This document shows positions 37,201 through 48,401 of a stretch of DNA of 64,000 nt, piece after piece. The position numbers and the translations under genes were made by a program. This DNA comes from Tubulanus polymorphus (lineage: Eukaryota; Animalia; Nemertea): positions 8,340,485 to 8,404,484 of the forward strand of contig NC_134027.1 in the NCBI RefSeq assembly GCF_964204645.1, written 5' to 3'. The notes under the pieces are model-generated. The model did no database searches and was not told the DNA's origin. It was given only the letters and a program-made list of their open reading frames with translations. Numbering within the stretch: position 1 is the stretch's first letter; the number at the start of each line of letters is the position of its first letter.

Positions 37201-40200
37201 AGATGCGGGAGGTTCCCGTCTTCTTATCCCCCTTATTGATATATCGCATTTTGCTTAGAAATTACTTAAGAATCTCGTTTTCTTTTTCCAGTCGCACCTG
37301 ATAGCGATCGTTCCCAAATACGTCGATGAAACGATACTGAATCCGGTGTCTGCGAACGTGTTCGTTCAATGCGGCGAACGAATCGGCGAATCTCGGCCTT
37401 TCGAGTACCGACCTGGTAAGTCATCGAATCATCGTCGCGTGCGGTTAACGAAACGAAAATCGACCAACTCAGTGCCTCATTTGTACTATGAGATAGATAT
37501 TATATTATTATTGATAATAGATATTCGTGTTGGCATTTACCCTTTTCATATAGTGCTATATTTCTTCTACGACTACTATTACACCATCGCTCGTGTTATG
37601 AGATCTCATATTCGGCCCCTAGTCAAATGTTCACTCTTTCGAAAAAAATGTGAACGTCTTGAACCAATTTATCGGCGCTGTTTTCGTATGAGCCTGATTT
37701 TGAAATGAACATATAGATCGATGCATTTCGGATTGGAAGTCCTATATTTTGAATGTACCACGTACTTCACTGATGTGCTTGTTATCACGACTTGTAGAAC
37801 CTTCGCATCGTTCATCATTTATCGTCTATTCTTTTAGGATGAGATTCAAATTGAGCTACGTATAAAGTCATCCCTGTGCTTTTGAAATGCAATAGCCACA
37901 TTTCGCTGTGCAAAGAGAGAATTTTAACGTGCAGAGACTTGTAAATGTTTTGAGTGTTTTTCTTCCAAATTCGTCAAATTTCAAGTTGGTGTTTCGTCCT
38001 CAACTTCCGGTCTCCGCTTCGTTTTTCAGGTGTTAGTAGATATTGCTCATACGCGCTTACTAACTCATAATGTTCCCTGACCCCGTTCTTTCAAAATGTT
38101 GTCTTGAAGATAATTAACTTTGATCGATGTACAGGTTATCATTAAGTGTTCATACATATAGATATATGATGGAAGTTGACTGCGAAATGCCACCTTGAAA
38201 TACGTGTTTCGACCGAGTCAACAAGAGAGATACGTGAAGAATATCATCTGTAATATCATTAGTGAAAGAAAAAAACAACATAAAATCTCATAGTTCTAAT
38301 GAGGACACGTTGCCAACTTCCAAATCAAACCAAAAAGAAATTAAAACGATATCATAATATGCTAGCTGAGCGTAACAAGCTAACCCATTACTGTGTATGA
38401 GACTTCTCCAGTTTATTAGTGGTCAATGAATCGAAAAAAGTTGAAGAAATTTTTCGTGAAGATTAATTGCATGTAAATGCACAGTGGAGGGTTGTTTTAT
38501 CGAATAATTACTAGTGTAGATTGTCGCATGTAGTTATATTGCCTTCATAGATTCCTATGCATAATAATTCTCAGTAGAGAGTGCTGTGTGAAATCTACGG
38601 GCATGCCATTGATTTAACTTGTCCATTCGGTTTGGATTATTGAACGTCGCGTCGGAAGAAAAGTTGGCAGGGTTGGTTTTAAAACGCAGAACATGTATAC
38701 CTAACTGATCTAAACTCAAAACTTCGTCGCGTTAGTTATCGTGTATCCAATTACGTGTGATGAACGCCAAAAATATCCGTAGAAAGATCGTTTTCGAAAT
38801 AGAAAAAAAAGTAGCGGCACTGGCTCCGTTCGAGAATCGATATACCCGATAGCGTCGATGGTTTGAGTTTAGATGACTACGGATCGGATTCGTATGCAGT
38901 TAGCCAAGTAGAGCGTACTCTCGCTCTCTCTATCTCGTCTCGAGTATGTTGGCTATTGCATACATGGATCGTCCGTAGTGTGGCTGCTGAGGCGATGCTT
39001 ATGCGGGCATTACTGTTGACTTTGGGGGGAGGGGTCGTCGGAATCTTTTTTTCGAATCACGTCCACGGCGTACGTCATTTCATGTACGTACGTGTGTATA
39101 CGATACGTGATTTTAACATTTAGCGCTTTCTCAGTGGCCACGAAAAACCATGCATAATTTCGAGAAGATGAATGAAGCGTATTCGATGCTGGAATTCTCT
39201 ATGATTTTGATTATTTCTTGCCAGTGCATTTAAGAGTTAGCCGTTTGGATTTAAATACAGCATTCAGTTTACGCCAAAACGTTTCCTTCGTCTTCATGTT
39301 TAATCGCTACTTTTGATTTTCAGCTTTGTGTTCTAATTTTGTGGTTCTTTCTCTGGGAAAAGCTCTGCTGTCTGGTCCGGTAAGATATAATGTTCGTTAA
39401 GGGAAACAGACTTTCATTGTGTAAGAACATATATTTGATATTCAACCTTATATGCGTGGGGGGGGGGGGGGCGGTCGCTAGGTTTATTTGCTCTTTTAGA
39501 ATTAAGAACCTGATGGTGTACGTCGTCGTTTGTACGACTTGCTTGGTTTCGTTTAAAGGAAAAATAAAAATGACCGAATGAACTTTAGGGTTTCAATTAA
39601 CTAGACAGCATTGAGCTCTAACATACAAAACGATAGCGCATCCTTCGATACTATCGAAAACTGCATTATTTTGCGAAACATTCCATTTCGAGTTACGAAT
39701 GATGATTATTCGACTCGTCTAATCCAACTAAAATGAGATACACCTTCGATGAAACGTTTGATTTGTATTCGATTTATCGTACTTACGTCTTGAATCATAA
39801 CGACATCGGCGAAAATTATTTTGATAGATTCTACCGAGATCGAACCATATCTATGAAATATGTATATATAACGTTTCAGTCTTTTGTGATTTTATATATA
39901 TATGTAACCTGTGTATGTGTATGAACTTGTACGGAATACATGCGTCAAACATGTATTTGTCTGGAGAGGTCCGGATAGGATCTGTAACCCTGTTCTCTCT
40001 TCAGCATTCGCCAGAAGATATGGATGATGCGGCGGATGGTAGAAGACTACTACGTAGCCCTTTGCTTGTGGATTGACAAGTCGCTCGAGCCGTCGTCACG
40101 CCTTAAACCCAGTACAGGTCTCGTGGGTTTTGATACGCAATCTTTGCTCTCCTTTGCACAACTATGTCTGGGCTTGATTTCGTTGATTGATTTATATAAA

Positions 40201-43200
40201 CAACGCGCGCCTTCGTCAGTGATGTTTTTGATTCTTTCGATACTCTCTCGGTCCTTTGACTTTCTTTTTACGTCGTCACGCGGTCCGAGTTATATTCAAT
40301 TTCGATGGCGATACGTCAACTGTCATTGGTATCGGCGTCTTCGTATCAGAAAAGACCAAAAAGAATTTTTGAAATTTCTTCGATAAAGAACGTCATAGGG
40401 TCAACTTAAAAGATCTCTTAATGTCTTTGAATTCGTTATTTTCTTCGTCATTTCAAAAATCATCAATGCCAGCATATTCTCATTCCTATTGTCATTCATT
40501 CATTCATCAAAGCCTTAGACTTAGTTGTGCATGTGATTATGTTTACAATATTACTATTCCCGTTAGTTAAAAAAGAGAAAGTAAAAATACTAGCAGCTAA
40601 CGATTAATTTGTCGTCTCAAGTCGGGGTGGTTAGTCTATATCTTTACGCTACTCGTTGAGAGGTAGGACGTTGCTAAAAATAAGAACAGTTTAACGTAAA
40701 TGTTAAATTGCTGCATAACATTGATTATAATTACCAACAAGCTGTTTTTAATCTGATAATGTGCATAATGATTTGTGACTTGATTCGTCTGACACTGGTT
40801 TTTGTCGCGTTGATTTCATGCTCTAACCGTTCTCTTCCAGTATAACAAAAACGCAAAGCCTTTATCCACGTGGCGGATCTTCTTTAACTAATCAGATTTG
40901 AATTTTACAGGATTTAGGTTTGTACCAACAAGACAGGCCACACATCCCTCTGTTTGATCGGAAGTTTATGAGCGTGCCTAGTTGGTGGTATATGAACTAC
41001 ATAATAGAAATCATAATTTTTTTTTCTTTGTATAATTTTCATATTGAGCAATGGATTTTCAACGAGATTATTGAATAACTGGCTTTAATTGCTGCGAAAT
41101 TATCAGACGTTGTTTGAAAGCAAGCGTGGCAGAGAAAGATATCGTCTCAAAGTGACTGCGATCTTTCAAACTTAGATACCAAAAAGATACCACGAACTAT
41201 GCACTAGTGCAGGTCTCGACTCTTTGTGTGGCATTTGGAAACGCTTTCAAACCCAACTTGCCATCATCGAATGCATGACTACATTTTAAGCAGTACATAT
41301 CTTCTGCCCTATGATATATTTCTCTATGTGTTTAGTTGAGTGGGAATGAATTTTCAGGATTGCCTTTGTCTCGCCCTATCATCATTATTATTATTATTAT
41401 TATTATCATCATTAGTATATAACTTGCTTCTGTTATTTTCTAGGTGGATTTCAGCATAAAATGATTTTTGCGTTCATCATTCATTCATACATTTTGTTAC
41501 ATAAGTCATTAAAATGCTGGCCAGGCAATAGCCGTGAAAGCGTTTCCGATGTCCATTTTTAGTACATGCTCAAACCAAGTATTTCATCACCATTCCTCTA
41601 TGCATGCCTTTAGAACTCACAGGGCTATCCAATTTTATAGCAAATTTTTTCCGATTCTAGCGCATTTTTTTTTTCATTAGGAAGAAATTTGAACGAAGGT
41701 CATTGAAACCAATATTAAGAATTAGATTAACAAGGGGCCTCGAATAAAATACCCTGTTCCTTGGGATAGGATTTTTCGTTTTGATATATATATTTTAGCT
41801 TTATAATGTAGGCATCATATTCTGGTCCAATTATATCGGTTTAGGGGTAATTTTTGTACGATTTGCTGGTACATTTTATAGTCGTGACCTGTAACGTTTT
41901 GCCCTGTTTTTCCCCATCCCACCACCATCGCTGCATAACTGCATTCCGATAGTACTATACATCGTACTAACTGCTGTTCGTATTTTTAACTGCAGTGACC
42001 AATGATCCTGCAGTGCAACAGCAAAAATCACTGGCCGAAAGTCGAAAATCGTCAGCTCCGCACAGTCCCGCAGCAAATCCTGCCACGACTGCACCGCTCG
42101 AAGTGAAAGTGAAGCTGGAAGAAGTTCGCAAGTTCGAAGAGAGGAACGAGCTGAATATGAAAGCGACTACCGTACCAAAAGTGCACTTAGTGGAAGTGGA
42201 CGTTCCCATGGATACGCAGCCGACGCAGAACAGTGACCAAGTGGACTGCGATCTAGATTCTTCGGTTTATCTGAATACCAGCATCCCAGCGGCGGAACCG
42301 TTGGTCCAGTTCAACAATCCTACGAAGGTGACTGAGATGGACACATCGCATTCGCCATCGGTCAACCATGTGAAACCGTTACAATTCAGCATATCACCAG
42401 GTAACTAAATATGATATTTTCCATATCCTCCTCTGATATCTCAAGAATAATTTTCCCAAATTACCCAGCACCTGCTGGAGGAATTTTCATTTAATTAGGG
42501 TTTTCTGTTATTTCACAGAAAACCCTATTGATATCCGCGTGATTATTATTATTATTATTTTCTTCCACACTATTTTTACCAAAAGAACATAGGCTTTGTT
42601 ACCTTACCGCTGTTTCATATACAATCCATATGATATCGTTCAGCTCACTGAGATCTACAAATACCCCGGGTGTTTTTTCACGAATCATCGTTACAAAAGC
42701 ACTGTCGGGCCGTAAACATCGAAAATTTAGCCCTATTCAATGGGGCGACATGTTTTTCGAGTCGTCATCCCGAAATCAACCCGCTGGCTGATTGTCACTT
42801 CGATTATCAATTCAAGTATAAATGAACTAATTAATTGCCACAGACTTCACATTCAGCCGCGGTCTTCAAACAGTGATTTTAACAATAGCCCATTTTCCTC
42901 ATCAAATCATATTACTAATACACTGGAAATTTACTAAAGATTTTAAAAGCACTGTCGAGCCGTAAACACTGACGAATCGACGTGTGTTACTACATCGTCG
43001 TTCCGGGGATCAGCTGCGAGTTTCTCCTCATCATGAGAATCAAATCGAGTACAAATTAATTTATTGCTACCAGTGATTTGGCTGCGGGTTTCAAGGAGTT
43101 AGTTTAACAATACCTATTTTTCTTTACCGAATTAACCGTGTATTTACTAAGATAAATCTTTAGTGTACCGGGGAATCGTAGGCCTAAACTAAACACGCCG

Positions 43201-46197
43201 AAGAGATATAGCGGAGAAAAGCTGTTATGTCGACGAGGTATCAAAATAAAAGAATATATTACTTTATTCGGCCACGGGCTTCAACCTCTATATCAATACC
43301 ATCAATACTCTATATTTCCTACAGTACATACCGATCATTGTCAAATGCACAAGGTATTTACTAAATACAAGTATATAACACACTCCTATCCGTAATGCTG
43401 GACTCACACTTGACATTCGGAGTAAGCGTTCGCTGTGGAGGAAAGGAGATCGTTCGCTGTGTCGCTTGAAGATTTTATCGAGTTTTACGCGACCTTAAGG
43501 CTTAGGCCTACCGGAACTGACCTTTACTGTCTCAAACAAACACAGTATAATTGTTGCGTTTATTAACGGACTCATTGGATTGAACTTCAAAACAAAATTT
43601 ATGATATTTAGGAGGGTTGTTATTCAATAGGCCTACGACCAATCTGTCCGGATGTTAGGCCTATGCATATACATAGGCCTACATAGGCTAGTAGCCTCTA
43701 CTAGGTTAAAGCTAAGTTCACTGTATAGGAGGAATCAGATTTATTAAAATGCATGTTAATTAGTTATTAACTGGTTCTGACTTGCAACGATCAATCACAA
43801 TTATCAATTTTATTGGCAAAAATGAAGAGTTTTTTTGAAAATTTCGTCTGAGCAGACAGCTTTATAAGCCAGACTTTTCATTTGAGTTTTTTCATCATAA
43901 ATGAAACAGGTATTTCATTAATTGCTAATGACTTAAGCCGGACGTAGGTCGGCTTTGCGACGGCTTGTCCAAACGAAAGGTTTTTCGTTCGAACAATCAT
44001 TCGATCGTACAGAATTGTTTTAATTTGAACAGAATTTTCTTGTCAAAAACATTAAGTTTTTCGTTCGAACAAGTATATTGTAAAAAGTTTTTTCTTTGAA
44101 CGTTTGAAAGTATTAAGTATTTCGTTCAATCGAACAGAATTGTTTTCATTCATACATTCGTTCCAAAAAAGTTGTTTTCGCTAAACCAAATTTCTTTGCC
44201 GGGACAAAAAATTCTTCATTTCAACAATAACATAGCTTTTTATTCGAACACATTTTGTCAGAATGAAGAAAAGTTTTGGTTCAAGCAAAAAGCGTATTGT
44301 TCGATCAAACAGAATTGTTTTCATTCGAACAAGATTTTCTTGGAACATTAAGTTTTTTGGTCGATCGGCGTGTTAAGGTCGTTTTGGAAATTTACTCGGT
44401 CTGGTATATTTTGGATTACTGTGTATGTCATTTGTCAGGACATTAAACAGAAGACGATTTAGGATACTACTTTGCGTGACTCCACTAGTTAGACGGACTT
44501 ATTCCAAGATTCCGTTGATTTCGGCTACAAGTTTTCGTTCAGAGATAACTGCTGAGCCATTTGAGCGACCTATCATTGATACCGTTTTCTAATAGCCTGT
44601 TTAGTAATGGCTGATGTTGAACCATATCAAATGCTTTGTCAAAATCCATCGTTGAACAGGATTCAAGACTGTGCAGAAAACCCGTTATCGCTGCTATGCA
44701 GCTATATTTATCCATTCTTATTCGATTTTGATTCCAGTTGCACTTGAATTGAACAAACTGATACAAGAGACGCAACAGAAAACGTCGCAGATATTTCAGT
44801 TGCCAGCCGGAATCGGATTGCCTACTTCATCTCTTGCCACGACCGTACCTGTGACAGACAGTCACGACGTGACCATGTCCCATGACACTACAACGAATCC
44901 AGTCCAACAACATCAGAGTTCACTCGAGTCACAATTATCAACTGAACCGCAACAGACCGCCACCGGGGATCAGTTGCCCGCTGTCTTATTGCCGAACCAG
45001 GTCTCGATGCAAGGCACGCAGTTCTCTCAGTTCACTGCGCCTCCGTCGCAAACATCAGTGCCCACGCAGCCGGGTCTTCAAGCTACGTTACCGCAATCGC
45101 TGCAGCCAATACAAATGTCCATCAACAGTCAACAGCTTATATCTCAACCAACTGTTGTTCAGTCTCTACCACCAGTTCATGGTCAGTTACCGCCTAATGT
45201 CACTATCATTCAAGGTATGTAAATGATTTTTCTGTTAAATTAATTTTTAAAAATGAAAACTATGCCTGTAAATGATATTGTACAATGTAGCGTCAACTGA
45301 GACATTTTGATTAACCCATTCATTGCTGACTTATTAATACCCTTAAGTGCCTGAGATGATTAAAGAATGTTTTTAAAAAAAGTTCCACCCCAGCGTGTTG
45401 AGTAACGGGCATACCAGTATATTGTGACCATTACTGCACGGTTTATCGTTGGTAACTGATATTCCACTATGTTTGACAGGTGCAAAAAAGAGATAAAAAC
45501 TAATCACCAATTACGTCATCAGTGCTGCGCGATGCGTTGTACTAGCAAATTCCATCAATTTATACACTGCACTGCGGTGTAGACGCACTGAATGGGTTAA
45601 GAAGATTTTGTCAAACTCCAACCAAATAGAAGCATTGGACAACATGCTCATTGCTTGAATAAAGATGTTATTCTGTATCCGATGTTTTATAGGATTATGT
45701 TTGTTATTTTTTCAGTGACAACAGGATCTGCGATGTTACCGAACGGAGTTCTCAACACGATACAAAGCGATTTAACGCACCCGGTTGTGCCGTCGAATAG
45801 CACTGTCAGCAACCAGTGCATAGTCACTCCGAACGTCGGTAGCATCAGTTCTAGAGCGCCGATGTTGGCTTCTCTTCTCACTCGATCTCAAGACAAAGTC
45901 GTAACGACGAAAAAGCGTCACAATTCCGGATCTAACAAGATTTTGCCTTGTGCCTCCAATCTTCCTACCATATCCGTACAAGACGGTAAGAATCCGAGCC
46001 GTGTGTTTTGAGTATACATTTGCAGTTATACTCGCAATGATGTGTGTCTCTTCAACATATACTTCTATGATATCATTCAAAGATATATATGTACAGTTAA
46101 TTATCCTTGAGATCGAAGATTTGCTTAGTTGATGGACATATATTTTATTAAAGTGTTTTTATTTTCAGTTGATGAAGTTTTGTTCAATGGCAGCTAG
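31257..46197 (+). CDS. NFAT5: NFAT5/TonEBP-type Rel-homology transcription factor
   Basis: Exons 31257-31341, 31445-31564, 31766/31769-32414, 32972-33176, 33271-33461, 35783-35955, 36517-36704, 37292-37415, 41996-42400, 44738-45214, 45716-45985, 46169-46197 keep phase throughout. The RHD carries [43 protein letters not shown] and [15 protein letters not shown]. The N-terminus MPSD matches vertebrate NFAT5 and the C-terminal region is Q/P/S/T-rich. An unspliced ending at 46011 is also possible. Confidence 0.92.
32640..32876. mobile_element. MITE family with CAGGGTGGCCAC termini and internal TCAGGGAA subrepeats (partial copy)
   Basis: Several ctcagggaa/ctcagga motifs, ending in GTGGCCACCCT; related to copies at 33475, 36923 and 55339. 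Confidence 0.55.
33475..33602. mobile_element. MITE, CAGGGTGGCCAC family (degenerate)
   Basis: cagggtggtggccac...tcaggggaattt...gttggccaaccc. Confidence 0.5.
34700..35165. repeat. Diverged tandem repeat, period about 130 bp, in an NFAT5 intron
   Basis: catggttctt[ga]gtcagacgtcata recurs at ~34757 and ~34890, with degraded copies at ~35022 and ~35118. gactgata(ga) and accaagt also recur. Confidence 0.6.
36923..37198. mobile_element. CAGGGTGGCCA-family MITE containing a nested ~60-bp GGGATCATTCAT mini-element (36977-37035)
   Basis: Outer termini CAGGGTGGCCA / TGGCCACCCAG. Inner inverted termini GGGATCATTCATTT / AAATGAATGATCCC match the element at 58973. Confidence 0.65.
39324..40076 (+). CDS. 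Candidate alternative terminal exons of NFAT5 (39324-39379 and 40005-40076)
   Basis: ttttgattttcag|...CCG|gtaaga (56 nt, phase 1 to 0), then ttctctcttcag|CAT...GAT TGA (phase 0). Together they continue the RHD in frame as [42 protein letters not shown]. Confidence 0.45.
42494..43160. mobile_element. Helentron/HINE-like non-autonomous element with an internal ~250-bp tandem duplication
   Basis: Terminal hairpin AGGGTTTTCTG-n8-CAGAAAACCCT followed by an (ATT)n tract, an architecture typical of Helentron-associated elements. Two diverged units begin aaaagcactgtcg[ga]gccgtaaaca (~42695, ~42945). The right end is uncertain. Confidence 0.5.
43980..44370. repeat. Degenerate short-unit tandem array (ttttcgttcgaacaa / acagaattgttttc motifs)
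   Basis: Motifs ttcgaac and acagaattgttt recur many times over about 390 bp. Confidence 0.65.
44401..44655 (-). pseudogene. Decayed CR1/L2-type non-LTR reverse transcriptase fragment
   Basis: [35 protein letters not shown], then after a stop/frameshift [21 protein letters not shown]. These correspond to the LINE RT motifs DFSKAFD and SGVPQGSILGPLLF. Confidence 0.8.
45315..45596. mobile_element. piggyBac-type MITE with TTAA target-site duplication
   Basis: TTAA|CCCATTCA ... TGAATGGG|TTAA (TTAA at 45311-45314 and 45597-45600). Confidence 0.7.
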
Positions 46198-47549
46198 TAC
46201 ACTATAGTCGTTGCGCATACGTTTCAGCGTTATACCGGACGCGCTAGTCATGTTTGTAATATGAAGGATACTACTGTGATTCCACGATGAGGACGGCGAT
46301 TTTAAGTTCGAGACTATTTCGCAAACGAGCGCTGCATATGTTGTGCATATCACCTGTATCAAAAGAACTGCTGACTGTCAGAATTTGGTGAAGCCTAGTG
46401 GCAATAGTGCGCATGGTACATCAGACAACGACCGAGGTGGAAGAGAAATCCTCGTAGATTGCGTAGTAGCAATTGTAATGATTTGACTTATAACCTAAGA
46501 ATTGCTCATTTGTGCTTGTCTCATTCTTGATCAACTGTAAATGAATACATGTAACTAGAAAATGAATCAGATGTCCATATATGTTGTATACAGCTTCTTG
46601 TAATCGTCGAAAGATTTTTTGTGGCATTTTGTCAACTCTGATGATTTTAAGCATGGCCTGAACATTTAATAAACATTATTCAAATGGAGTAAAAACATGT
46701 ACTAGGGGGCCAGACAGAGTAGTTATCGTATGAAATCTACCGAAAAGATAATTTAACCTATCTGACTGCTACCGTATAGTAAAACTCTTTGATATTCTAA
46801 GGGTCGAATTGTTTTACCAATCTAGGAGCTCTACTCGCGCAAATTTGCTATAAAAATCCTTAATGATTATTGAGTTATTCCGATTATCCACCCCCCTGGT
46901 TCATCCACACGATGTTACCGGTCCTTCGATAGCAAAACTGCAATATAAATTGGGGTATAATTTATTTTATTATCTGTGATAAAAGAAAGTTAATAGATTT
47001 CTCGTAGATTAAACAATGCAGAGTTTAAAAGTTAGACAATTTTATTATGCTGATACCTGATGGAAGAAAGGTCCAGATTTTCATAATCTTAAACTAACTG
47101 CGGCATGCAGAGTTTTCAAATTGTAAATAAACGTGCTATATATATAATGTAAAGAAGTTGATTCGTCTTGTAGTGATTTGTGCATTTAATCAACTGTTCA
47201 TGCCCCCCAAAATGCTATCTACAGTATTGTCGTTCTGTAGTACATGTAGTACATAACTAGCAATCAAAGTTATTCTCGTATCCTTTTTCACCAAAATTAG
47301 TTGAACCAGCGTTTCTCATTCCTAGGATAACTTCATCCAAATAGAAGGATTGGTTTTGTTGAGATTTTCATGTTGCGTAATTGAGATATTTTTTAGCGCC
47401 ATAAGTGCATACGTATACTATGAAGAAGTGTCCAGGGTTTTCAGCCCTTGCATTCTCTACTACGTAGGGCAAGTTCTATAATCAATTTCTTTATATACTT
47501 CAGTAAGTAGGTACCGGTCATAGTCATCATCATCTCTGTTAACAATTTA

Positions 47550-47726
47550 CAGTAGAACTCGCTTTATTCGGATGACTAGGGACTGGCCAGATTTCTCCAA
47601 ATGAAGTAAAATCCGAATTATGAATAACAGTTTACTTGCTTCCAGGTTAAAAGGACCAAATATTTCATCCGAATTTAATGCATGTCTGCATGGAAAAAAA
47701 GTTGAATTTTAAAGCGAGTTCTTCTG
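47550..47726. mobile_element. Tc1/mariner (pogo/Tigger-like) MITE with TA target-site duplication
   Basis: TA|CAGTAGAACTCGCTTTA ... TAAAGCGAGTTCTTCTG|TA. A truncated relative lies at ~51328-51402. Confidence 0.72.
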
Positions 47727-47824
47727 TAATACATTTGCGTAAAAAGTTTGCTAAGTTGACATTAGTACAAGACCATTCTATGTAAAGTGGCATTTATTGT
47801 TATTTTGTACCGTCGATGTTTATA

Positions 47825-47868
47825 CTTATTACTATTATTATTATCATTATTATTATTATTATTATTAA
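47825..47868. repeat. (ATT)n microsatellite
   Basis: Directly visible; a similar tract lies at ~41383-41412. Confidence 0.85.
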
Positions 47869-48401
47869 TATTGAATCACAGATATTAGAAATATTTTATT
47901 GAATCCATGATTTCTGTCGGAGCAATTTTTCAGTCCTATCCATCAAAAATCCTGAATGCTTATTTCTCATCGCCTACCATCACCACTACATCATAATTAT
48001 AGTGGTGTTCAACGAATTTTCATTGTTACTTCTTTGGATGTTTTTTTGCTAAATTGCTAAAAACTTGTGAACTCTAAAACATGTTCGAAATACAAATCTA
48101 TTCAATTGTACTTACAATAACTGCAAACAGAAAAAGAAATTGAATCTCAAACTGGTTATATATTTGATGAAAGCCGGTTTATTTCAAACATATCAATAAT
48201 GCAAAATTAATGTACAGCAAATTCGAGCGCCTTAGATGTTTTCGATGCAAAAGTCAACAAATTCCATAAACTGTAATACTGAATAGTTCATAGTAATTGA
48301 GCTCACACGACTAAATAACGTTTTTATTACAAGGTAATTTTTTGTAGCAATCTATCGACAAACATTGGTAAATAAATTCTGATGAATGATTAGATATCGA
48401 G

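Noticed and set aside
40911-41080. Further possible NFAT5 alternative exon after ttttacag ([15 protein letters not shown]...)
   Set aside because: No donor restores the downstream phase, and the frame drifts into T-rich intron-like sequence; support is too weak.
43980-44370. Repeat array superficially like a CRISPR
   Set aside because: Units are degenerate and irregular, lack unique equal-length spacers, have no cas genes nearby, and lie in a eukaryotic intron.
44401-44775. Reverse transcriptase ORF as an active or domesticated RT system
   Set aside because: A short fragment broken by a stop/frameshift with no YADD catalytic motif; it is an ordinary dead LINE piece.
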